NCBI GenBank assembly: GCA_050747245.1
Contig: JBOGNO010000006.1
Coordinates: 26,005-90,004 of the forward strand
DNA from: Candidatus Acidiferrales bacterium
GTDB taxonomy: Bacteria > Acidobacteriota > Terriglobia > Acidiferrales > UBA7541
Reading direction: 5' to 3'
DNA length: 64,000 nucleotides
Below are positions 38,577 through 46,803 of the stretch, piece by piece. How positions within the stretch are numbered: position 1 is the first letter of the stretch; every line of letters starts with the position of its first letter. A program made the position numbers and the translations under genes. The notes beneath the pieces were generated by a model. That model was not told where the DNA came from. It saw only the letters and a program-made list of their open reading frames with translations, and made no database searches.

Positions 38577-39080
38577 ATGAGAAAACAAACAATCGCTGTA
38601 ATCTTTTTCTTAGCCTCGACGGTCCCGTGTCTAGGGCGATTCAAAGCCGGCCAAAAGGTGGTTAGCACTGCGCGTTTCGGGAATGTGCTGTACTGTCTCC
38701 AGACGAAAGCATCGTCCTTTGGATACGCTCCCCCTCGCTTTGACGCGCATTCTTTCCGTGTCCGTTACGTCTACGGGAAATGGTCTTCAGTCGACGAGGA
38801 TGACGAGCTCCACATGGTGGTGTATGGGCCACGCGAGGCATCGGCGACACTTTTCGAGGTATACCTTCGAACGGTGGAGGGTAAGGAGGAAATATTCATC
38901 GGAGATGCAGCAACGCTCAAGAGGGAAAATGGGCGGCTGGTAACGGGCGAAATCCCAGGGGGACAGGCTACGCTTCGGCGGATAGAAAAACTGCTAGTCG
39001 CCATCTCGCATCGACCGGCGATCACGATCACAGAAGGCGAAGTGAGGCAGGGTCAAGGGGCCTGTGTGTACCAACCTTAG
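38577..39080 (+). CDS. hypothetical secreted protein
   Basis: A signal peptide (MRKQTIAVIFFLASTVPCLG) is present. No family is recognised. Confidence 0.4.
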   Translation: MRKQTIAVIFFLASTVPCLGRFKAGQKVVSTARFGNVLYCLQTKASSFGYAPPRFDAHSFRVRYVYGKWSSVDEDDELHMVVYGPREASATLFEVYLRTVEGKEEIFIGDAATLKRENGRLVTGEIPGGQATLRRIEKLLVAISHRPAITITEGEVRQGQGACVYQP

Positions 39081-39510
39081 GCGCAAGGGCAGCAGTTAAG
39101 CGCCTAAGGCCTCGATTTTATATCGCGTCACGAGGCCAAGCCCGACGGACAGCCCGCCTAGGGAAAAACGGAAAGGCAAATGGGCTAGGGTTCAGGTGCG
39201 AGGGGAACTATAATTCGCGACGTGATGAGGGTGGGGCGATGACGCTGCTCGAAGAGTTCTGCTTTGAGAGCATGGGGATCAATCGAAAAAGGTTCGGTGC
39301 GTGTGTAAAGCAGATCCCTCGGCTTCGCTCGGGATGACGGCTAGGCGGGAAGACGAAGAAGGAATGCCAGATAGGAACCGGTCGAATCCACACGCGCAAG
39401 GGGGGTGCATGGGACACCCATTTGAAATGAGAGAATCCCCACCCTCGCCGCGGCGAGGATGGGGCACCCGGCGAAGAGAAGAATTGTATTTTTAATGAGA
39501 GGGAAGTGAC

Positions 39511-42222
39511 GTGAGTCTCGGGGCGGGGACGAAGCTGGGGCCGTACGAGATCGTGGCGCCGGTAGGCGCGGGCGGGATGGGAGAGGTGTACCGCGCGCGG
39601 GATACGCGGCTCGACCGCACGGTCGCAATCAAAGTGCTGCCCAAGCACCTGGCCGACACTCCCGAGGCACGGCAAAGATTTGAGCGCGAGGCGCGCGCGG
39701 TTTCCTCGCTGAATCATCCGCATATCTGCACGCTGCATGACGTCGGTCACGAGGGCGGCACGGATTTTCTGGTGATGGAATATCTCGAAGGCGAGACGCT
39801 CGCGAAGCGCATCGTGAAGGGCGCGCTCGCGACGCCGGAATTGCTGCGCACAGCGATTGAGATTGCGGACGCGCTCGAAAAAGCGCATCGCCAGGGCGTA
39901 ATTCACCGCGATTTGAAGCCGGGCAACATCATGCTGACGAAGTCCGGGGCGAAGCTGATGGACTTCGGGCTGGCGAAGGCTGCGAGCGCGGGAGGGGCGG
40001 CGCCTTCATCGACCTTGACGATGTCGCTGAATCAAGCCGCGGCCACAACGGAGCCGCTGACGGCGAAGGGAACGATCGTCGGCACGTTCCAATACATGGC
40101 GCCGGAACAAGTGGAAGGCAAAGAATCTGACGCGCGCGCGGACATCTTCGCATTCGGCGCGGTATTGTATGAAATGGCGACAGGGAAGCGAGCGTTCGAA
40201 GGCAAGTCGCAGGCGAGCGTGATTGCCGCAATTCTCGCCGCGGAGCCGCCGCCGATTTCGACGTTGCAGCCGATGTCGCCGCCGGCGCTTGACCGCGTGG
40301 TGAGAATTTGCCTAGCGAAAGATCCGGACGAGCGGTTTCAGAGCGCGCACGACTTGAAATTGCAACTGGAATGGATTCGCGATGCGGGTTCGCAGGCAGG
40401 GGTTCCCGCGCCGGTGATTGCGCGGCGCAAGCATCGCGAGCTGAGTCTTGCGGTGGCGGCTGCGCTAGCTATTATCGCCGCGACTGTCTTCGCAGTCTCG
40501 TATTTCACGCGTGGGTCGGCGGAGCGGCAGCCAATTCGCGCCTTTATCAAGCCAGCACAGAATTCGAGCATCGCTAGTTACAATGGCGGGTCCGCGGGGT
40601 TTGCAGTCTCGCCGGACGGACTTCGTTTGGCCTATGTGGCGACTACGCCGAAGGGAAAATCCGTCTTGTGGGTCCGTGCTCTCGACTCGTTGCAAGCCCA
40701 GCCGCTCGACGACACCGAAGGAGCAGTTCTGCCATTTTGGTCCCCAGACAGCCGCTTTATCGGATTTTTTGCGGACGGAAAACTGAAGAAAATCGAAGCG
40801 TCTGGCGGACCGTCATTGACTCTTTGCGATGCACCAGGAGGACGCGGCGGCACCTGGAATGGGGACGGGACCATTGTTTTTTCGCCGTTTTTTAGCACGC
40901 CGCTCTATCGCGTTTCAGCCGCAGGCGGCGTGGCCGCTCAGGTGACAATTCTCGACCGCGGAAAGAATGAATCCACACACCGCTGGCCGTGGTTCCTGCC
41001 TGACGGGCGGCACTTTCTCTACTTGGCAGGCAATCCGCTTACGCCCGCGGGTGTTCCAACCAACTCCATCATGGTTGGTTCACTCGACTCCAAGGAAACC
41101 AAATTCCTTTTCCATTGCCATTCCAATGCCATCTTCAGCTCGGGCTACATTCTCTTTCTTCGGCAGAACACACTCATGGCACAGCCCTTCGATCCAAAGA
41201 GTCTCGAATTGACAGGCGATGCCGGGCCAGTAGCGGAACAAGTGGAAGACGCTGTACCACGAGTGCAGGGCGAATTTTCTGCGTCCCACAACGGAGTGCT
41301 TGCTTATCTGGAGATGGGGAGCGCCGGCCGACAATTGACCTGGTTTGACAGGAGCGGGAAACAGCTCGGGACGGTGCCTGGCGCAGATAGCTACGCCGAC
41401 CCGCACATCTCACCTAACGGAAAGGAGCTGGTTTTTCAGCTTGAGACTCCTGGCAGCGACATCTGGCTTTACGATATGGCGCGCAGTGTGAAGACGCGAT
41501 TCAGCTTCGGCTCAGGGAATATGTCTCCGATATGGTCGCCTGACGGTAGCCGCATCGCGTACACCTCCGTACGCAACGGCGGGTTTGGGATTTATGGGAA
41601 AGCTGCCGACGGCTCGGAGCGAGAAGAGGTTCTTGTCCAGCCCGGTCCAGATCAGTTGTACCCCGTGGATTGGTCTCCCGATGGCAAATTCATTGCCTAT
41701 CTGGACTGGCAGCCTGGCGGAACGGTGTTGATGATGCTTCCGCTGCAAGGCGACCACAAGCCACACGCTCTCAATCTACTCCAGCAGTCCGAGTCCCCGT
41801 ACTTTTCCTTTCAGACCGTTGCTTTCTTTTCACCGGACGGAAAATGGCTGGCCTATAGTTCGGCCGAATCGGGCAGGTGGGAGGTTTATGTCAGCCCCTT
41901 CCCAGGACCGGGAGGAAAGTGGCAGGTATCGACCGGGGGTGGATGGTTTCCACGATGGCGACACGATGGCAGAGAGCTTTTTTATGTTTCGCCTGACAAT
42001 AAAATTATGTCCGCCGAAGTGAAAACAAGCGGCTCGAGTTTTGTAGTTGGCGCCGTCCAGCCGCTTTTCGAGACCAAGCCATATTTCGGGCTGTTCACCG
42101 CCAACCTATTCGATGTCACAGCGGACGGCCAGAAGTTCGTTGTTCCTTACGAGACTGGTCAACCGGACAGAACGTTCGCCCTGGTCGTCAACTGGCCGGC
42201 GGTGCTGAAGAAACAGCCATGA
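39511..42222 (+). CDS. Ser/Thr protein kinase fused to a TolB-like beta-propeller domain
   Basis: A GTG start follows GAGGGAAG. Kinase subdomains include GAGGMGEVYRA, AIK, HRDLKPGNIM, DFGLA and GT.QYMAPE. A TM segment is followed by PD/WSPDG repeat blades. Confidence 0.85.
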   Translation: MSLGAGTKLGPYEIVAPVGAGGMGEVYRARDTRLDRTVAIKVLPKHLADTPEARQRFEREARAVSSLNHPHICTLHDVGHEGGTDFLVMEYLEGETLAKRIVKGALATPELLRTAIEIADALEKAHRQGVIHRDLKPGNIMLTKSGAKLMDFGLAKAASAGGAAPSSTLTMSLNQAAATTEPLTAKGTIVGTFQYMAPEQVEGKESDARADIFAFGAVLYEMATGKRAFEGKSQASVIAAILAAEPPPISTLQPMSPPALDRVVRICLAKDPDERFQSAHDLKLQLEWIRDAGSQAGVPAPVIARRKHRELSLAVAAALAIIAATVFAVSYFTRGSAERQPIRAFIKPAQNSSIASYNGGSAGFAVSPDGLRLAYVATTPKGKSVLWVRALDSLQAQPLDDTEGAVLPFWSPDSRFIGFFADGKLKKIEASGGPSLTLCDAPGGRGGTWNGDGTIVFSPFFSTPLYRVSAAGGVAAQVTILDRGKNESTHRWPWFLPDGRHFLYLAGNPLTPAGVPTNSIMVGSLDSKETKFLFHCHSNAIFSSGYILFLRQNTLMAQPFDPKSLELTGDAGPVAEQVEDAVPRVQGEFSASHNGVLAYLEMGSAGRQLTWFDRSGKQLGTVPGADSYADPHISPNGKELVFQLETPGSDIWLYDMARSVKTRFSFGSGNMSPIWSPDGSRIAYTSVRNGGFGIYGKAADGSEREEVLVQPGPDQLYPVDWSPDGKFIAYLDWQPGGTVLMMLPLQGDHKPHALNLLQQSESPYFSFQTVAFFSPDGKWLAYSSAESGRWEVYVSPFPGPGGKWQVSTGGGWFPRWRHDGRELFYVSPDNKIMSAEVKTSGSSFVVGAVQPLFETKPYFGLFTANLFDVTADGQKFVVPYETGQPDRTFALVVNWPAVLKKQP

Positions 42223-42286
42223 CGCTGGGGCGCGACGTGGCGCTGAAGGTTGTGCCTGAAACTTTCGCGCGCGACGGAGGGGAAGG

Positions 42287-43315
42287 ATGAAGGCGATTGT
42301 ATTTGCGCGGCACGGCGGGCCGGAGGTACTCGACTACAAAGATGTAGCCGACCCGGGAATCAAAGCCAATGAAGTGCTGGTGCGAGTGCGAGCGTGCGCG
42401 CTGAATCATCTGGACCTGTGGGTGCGCGGCGGGCTTCCGGGAGTGAAGATATCGCTGCCGCACATTCCGGGGAGCGACATCGCGGGCGAGATCGCCGCGG
42501 TGGGCGAACTGGTAACGCATGTGAAGGCAGGCGAGCGCGTGCTGCTTGCGCCCGGGATTTCCTGCGGGCACTGTGCGGCGTGCCTTGCGGGACAGGACAG
42601 CCTTTGCCGGCAGTACACGCTCTTCGGATACATGGTGGATGGAGGATGTGCGGAATACGTGAAGTCTCCCGCGGCGAATGTGATTGTGATTCCCGAGAAG
42701 GTCACGTTCGAAGAAGCGGCGGCGGTGCCGCTGGTGTTCCTGACCGCGTGGCACATGCTGGTGACGCGCGCGGCGCTGCGGCCCGGAGAAGATGTGCTGG
42801 TGCTCGGGGCAGGAAGCGGAGTGGGCAGCGCGGCAATCCAAATCGCGAAGGTGATGGGAGCGCAGGTTATTTCGACCGTTGGGAGCGAAGACAAAATTGA
42901 GAAGGCGCGCGCGCTGGGGTCGGACGAGGTGATCGTGCATTCGAAGCAGGATATTTCTGCGGAAGTGAAGCGGCTGACCGCCCGGCGAGGCGTGGATGTT
43001 GTCTTCGAGCACGTGGGCGAGGCCACGTGGGCGAAGAGCATCGCGAGCCTCGTGCCGGGCGGGCGGCTGGTGACTTGCGGCGCGACAACAGGTTATGACG
43101 GGCGCGTGGACATCCGGTATTTATTTAGTCGACAGATTTCGCTCCTCGGGTCGTTCATGGGCGGAAAAGCGGAACTTCACGAGGTGCTGAAGCTGGTGTG
43201 GCGAGGTCAATTGCACGCGGTAATTGACCGCGTGTTGCCGCTTGCGGAATGCCGCAAGGCGCACGAGTTGCTCGAATCGCGAGCGCAATTCGGGAAGATT
43301 GTGCTTACGCCGTAG
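42287..43315 (+). CDS. zinc-binding alcohol dehydrogenase / MDR superfamily oxidoreductase
   Basis: It has a GroES-like N-terminus with a GHE-type motif (PGSDIAGEI), the Cys cluster CGHCAAC and the Rossmann motif GAGSGVGSAAIQ. Confidence 0.85.
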   Translation: MKAIVFARHGGPEVLDYKDVADPGIKANEVLVRVRACALNHLDLWVRGGLPGVKISLPHIPGSDIAGEIAAVGELVTHVKAGERVLLAPGISCGHCAACLAGQDSLCRQYTLFGYMVDGGCAEYVKSPAANVIVIPEKVTFEEAAAVPLVFLTAWHMLVTRAALRPGEDVLVLGAGSGVGSAAIQIAKVMGAQVISTVGSEDKIEKARALGSDEVIVHSKQDISAEVKRLTARRGVDVVFEHVGEATWAKSIASLVPGGRLVTCGATTGYDGRVDIRYLFSRQISLLGSFMGGKAELHEVLKLVWRGQLHAVIDRVLPLAECRKAHELLESRAQFGKIVLTP

Positions 43316-43446
43316 TCCCCCCCCTCGATAATCTTCCAAAAGAGTGGTGACAAAACAGGGATTTCTACGTCTATTCGAGGCATGGACCTTGACGGATGGG
43401 CATCTCAAGGAGATTATCTACTTGAGCAAGAGGAATCGAGGAGACC

Positions 43447-43800
43447 ATGCCAAAACGAGGGGCGGCACCGCTGGGAGGGGAAATCCTGCAGGGAACTCTG
43501 GACCTGCTGATACTGAAGACGCTGGTGCTGGGTCCGGCGCACGGACACACGATTGCGAACGCGATCGAGCACCGCTCCGAGGAGGTGCTGCAGGTGGAGC
43601 ACGGGTCGCTCTATCCGGCGCTTCATCGCCTCGAAGATCGCGAATGGATTTCGTCGTTCTGGGGAACTTCGGAGAACAACCGCAAGGCGCGGTATTACAT
43701 GTTGACGCCGAAGGGGCGGAAGCAACTGGTGGCGCAGGCGAGCCGCTGGGATGCGCTGGTGCGTGCCATTAACCGGATCGTACGTCCCGTGACGGAGTAG
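43447..43800 (+). CDS. PadR family transcriptional regulator
   Basis: LDLLILKTLVLGPAHGHTIANAIE...GSLYPALHRLEDREWI is the PadR winged helix-turn-helix. Confidence 0.85.
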   Translation: MPKRGAAPLGGEILQGTLDLLILKTLVLGPAHGHTIANAIEHRSEEVLQVEHGSLYPALHRLEDREWISSFWGTSENNRKARYYMLTPKGRKQLVAQASRWDALVRAINRIVRPVTE

Positions 43801-43804
43801 GGGA

Positions 43805-46591
43805 ATGAGCTGGCGGCGATTTTTACACCGGCGTGAGTGGGGCGCGGAGCGCGCGCGGGAAATCGACTCGTACGTGGAGATGGAGACGCAAGAGAACCTG
43901 GCTCGGGGAATGAGCGCGGAGGAAGCGCGGTACGCGGCGCTGAGGAAATTCGGGAATCGGAGGCGGGTGCGCGAGGAGATCTACGCAATGAACAGTCTTG
44001 GATTCTTGGAAACGCTGTGGCAGGACGTGCGATACGGGGTGCGGATGCTCGCGAAAACTCCGGGATTTGCGCTGGTGGCCGTACTCACGCTGGCGCTGGG
44101 GATTGGAGCGAACACGGCGATATTCAGTTTCCTCGACGCCGCGCTGCTGCAGTCGCTTCCGGTGAAAGATGCGAGTCATCTTGTGGTCTTGCAATGGAGC
44201 GCGCACAAGAGGCCGAAGCGGAACAGCTCTTCGAGTTACGGAGACTGCCCGGAGAAATGGGGCGGAGAAAACCCCACCGGCTGCTCGCTCTCGCTGCCAT
44301 TTCTGCACGACGTACGGACAGAGACAAACGTTTTTTCGGGGATGGCGGCGTTTGCTTCCGCGGGCCAACTGAATCTGAGCGGCCACGGGAATGCGGCGCT
44401 GGAGCGCGGGCAATACGTTTCGGGGGATTTTTTCCAGACGCTGGGAGTTCGCGCCGCGCTGGGGAGGACCATTACACCGAGCGATGACTTAGCGACAGCT
44501 TCTCCTGCCGTGGTGCTCGGATATGGGTACTGGAAGCGTGAATTCGGAGCGCAGGCTTCGGCGGTGGGGAAGACGATCCAATTAAATGGCGTGCCTTTCA
44601 CGATTGTGGGCGTGGTCCAGCCAGAATTCTACGGCGTCTCGCCGGGGAGCGATTTTGAATTGTGGGTGCCGCTGGCGATTCGCCCACGGATGGACGCCCG
44701 GCACTGGGAGGCCAACAAGCTGGACAGTGAATCTTCGTGGTGGATTGTGATGGTGGGCCATCTGAAGCCGGAGGTGAAGCTCGCGCAAGCCCAAGCGGCG
44801 GTCAGCTTGCTCTTCCGCAACGATATGCTGCGCGGAGCCAAGCCACTGCTGACGGCGGAGGACGATCCGCGCATCCAGTTGATTCCCATACAGGCGGGGC
44901 TTACGGGGGAACGGGGACAGCTCGCCGCTGCGCTCTTCGCGATCATGGCCGGCGTGGGAATTATTTTGCTGATTGCCTGCGCGAATGTCGCCGGGCTGTT
45001 GCTGGCGCGTTCAACGACGAGGCACAAAGAAATGGCGGTCCGGCTGGCGCTGGGCGCCGGACGGTTGCGGCTGATCCGGCAACTACTGACAGAAAGCGTT
45101 CTGCTTTCACTGATCGGAGGCACGCTGGGAGTGCTGCTGGCGTACTGGGGGATTCGAGCGCTCGTGGCATTCATCGCGGGCGTGACCGATGAGCCCATTC
45201 CGTTTCAACCGGGGATCGATCTGGCAGTGCTGGGATTCACATTTGGAGTGTCGATCCTGACGGGAATTCTGTTTGGCCTGGCGCCGGCGCTGCGCGCGAC
45301 CCGGCAGGACTTGACGCCCGCACTAAAGCTGAGTTCGGGAGATGCGTGGGGAGGGACGCATGTGCGGCGAAGTTTCTTCGGACTTGGCAACGTGCTGGTA
45401 GTAACGCAAGTGGCGCTGAGCGTGGTGGTGCTGGCGGGGGCGGGGCTATTGGTACGCACGCTGAGGAATCTGCGAAGCGTGGACCCCGGGTTCGACACGA
45501 GCAATGTGCTGCTCTTCGGGATGCAGCCAACTTTAGCGGGTTATAAAGGAGCACAGATAGACGGCCTATACCGCGATCTCTACGCGCGGATCTCGGCGCT
45601 GCCGGGGGTAGTGTCGGTGAGCTATTCAGACTCGCCATTGCTGAGCGGAAGCCAGAGCAGCATGACCACGCAGTATGTTCGCCCGGGTGCGTCCGAAAAG
45701 AGCGATATCGAGTTTGACCTTCTTCCCGTGAGCGCGAAGTTTTTCGAGACGTTGCGGATTCCTTTCCTCGCAGGAAGGGATTTGATTCTCGAGGATTTTG
45801 TCATCCAGGAAGCGTACGAGGCTTCTCCGCACACGGCGACAACGCCCACACCGGTGGTTGTGAACGAGATTTTTGCCAAGCGCTACTACCCGAGTGTGAA
45901 TCCGCTGGGACAGATCTTTGGAGTCAACGACGGGAAAAAGGAAGGCGAGGACAAAGACGCGGGGTTTCAAATTGTAGGTGTGGTGGGCGACGCAAAGTAC
46001 AGCAATCTGCGCCGGGAACTGGCGGCGACGGCGTACATTCCTCTGGCAGCTTCGGACGCTCATTTCGAGGTGCGCACCGCGATGCCGCCCGAGTCACTGA
46101 TACCCGCGGTGCGAAGCGTGGTGAACCAGCGCGACGCGAACTTGCCGCTCTTCGATATTCGCACGGAAAGACAGCAGATTGACCAGCAGCTTGTGGCGGA
46201 GCGCATCGTGGTGCGCATCTCAAGTTCGGTAGGCGTGCTGGCGCTGCTGCTAGCGTGCGTGGGGCTTTACGGTTTGCTGGCATATGAGGTGGCACGGCGG
46301 ACTCGGGAGATCGGTATCCGCATAGCATTGGGGGCGCAAGGGCGGGACGTGTTGCGGCTCGTCGTGGGTCAGGGAATTGCGCTGGCGTTCGTGGGCACGC
46401 TGCTGGGGATTGCCGCGGCACTGGGAGTGACGCGATTAATGGCCAGCGTTCTCTACGGCGTGCGCCCGGGTGATCCCGTGACGTTCGTGGCCGTGGCGGC
46501 GCTGCTGATGATCATCGCTTTTGCGGCGTGCTGGATTCCGGCGCGGCGGGCCATGCATGTGGACCCGATTGTGGCGCTGCGGTACGAGTGA
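43805..46591 (+). CDS. ADOP-family duplicated FtsX permease (MacB-like ABC permease)
   Basis: The ATG is 4 nt after the PadR stop. A characteristic N-terminal extension (ARYAALRKFGNRRRVREE...WQDVRYGVRML) precedes two MacB-periplasmic/FtsX repeats. Confidence 0.85.
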   Translation: MSWRRFLHRREWGAERAREIDSYVEMETQENLARGMSAEEARYAALRKFGNRRRVREEIYAMNSLGFLETLWQDVRYGVRMLAKTPGFALVAVLTLALGIGANTAIFSFLDAALLQSLPVKDASHLVVLQWSAHKRPKRNSSSSYGDCPEKWGGENPTGCSLSLPFLHDVRTETNVFSGMAAFASAGQLNLSGHGNAALERGQYVSGDFFQTLGVRAALGRTITPSDDLATASPAVVLGYGYWKREFGAQASAVGKTIQLNGVPFTIVGVVQPEFYGVSPGSDFELWVPLAIRPRMDARHWEANKLDSESSWWIVMVGHLKPEVKLAQAQAAVSLLFRNDMLRGAKPLLTAEDDPRIQLIPIQAGLTGERGQLAAALFAIMAGVGIILLIACANVAGLLLARSTTRHKEMAVRLALGAGRLRLIRQLLTESVLLSLIGGTLGVLLAYWGIRALVAFIAGVTDEPIPFQPGIDLAVLGFTFGVSILTGILFGLAPALRATRQDLTPALKLSSGDAWGGTHVRRSFFGLGNVLVVTQVALSVVVLAGAGLLVRTLRNLRSVDPGFDTSNVLLFGMQPTLAGYKGAQIDGLYRDLYARISALPGVVSVSYSDSPLLSGSQSSMTTQYVRPGASEKSDIEFDLLPVSAKFFETLRIPFLAGRDLILEDFVIQEAYEASPHTATTPTPVVVNEIFAKRYYPSVNPLGQIFGVNDGKKEGEDKDAGFQIVGVVGDAKYSNLRRELAATAYIPLAASDAHFEVRTAMPPESLIPAVRSVVNQRDANLPLFDIRTERQQIDQQLVAERIVVRISSSVGVLALLLACVGLYGLLAYEVARRTREIGIRIALGAQGRDVLRLVVGQGIALAFVGTLLGIAAALGVTRLMASVLYGVRPGDPVTFVAVAALLMIIAFAACWIPARRAMHVDPIVALRYE

Positions 46592-46803
46592 ACTTGGGCT
46601 TACGTGAATGCGATAACAGATGAAATTGAGCGATCCGCGGCAGCGTCCGGCGACGCAACCTGAAAATCCAAAAAGCGGTCAGTGGATGCTTAACTATTGG
46701 GCTTTCCCGCGTCTAACCGCCTGAGCTGAATGATGCTGCTCGCAATTGAACCTGGCACTCGCGGTGCAGTCATGCATCACATCGGTGTCCCGGAGGTGCG
46801 GAA

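Noticed and set aside
39443-39470. GC-rich hairpin CCCCACCCTCGCCGCGGCGAGGATGGGG upstream of the kinase as a terminator
   Set aside because: It is not followed by a T-tract. No upstream gene on the same strand ends nearby. It is probably incidental secondary structure in the kinase leader.
39208-39906. 232 aa minus-strand ORF overlapping the kinase start
   Set aside because: It is antisense to the kinase N-terminus and its upstream region. The kinase reading frame has strong motif support and this ORF has none.
42188-43041. 274 and 211 aa minus-strand ORFs and a 168 aa alternative plus-frame ORF
   Set aside because: They overlap the zinc-dehydrogenase gene, whose frame carries the diagnostic motifs. 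The alternatives are Arg/Gly-rich frame artefacts.
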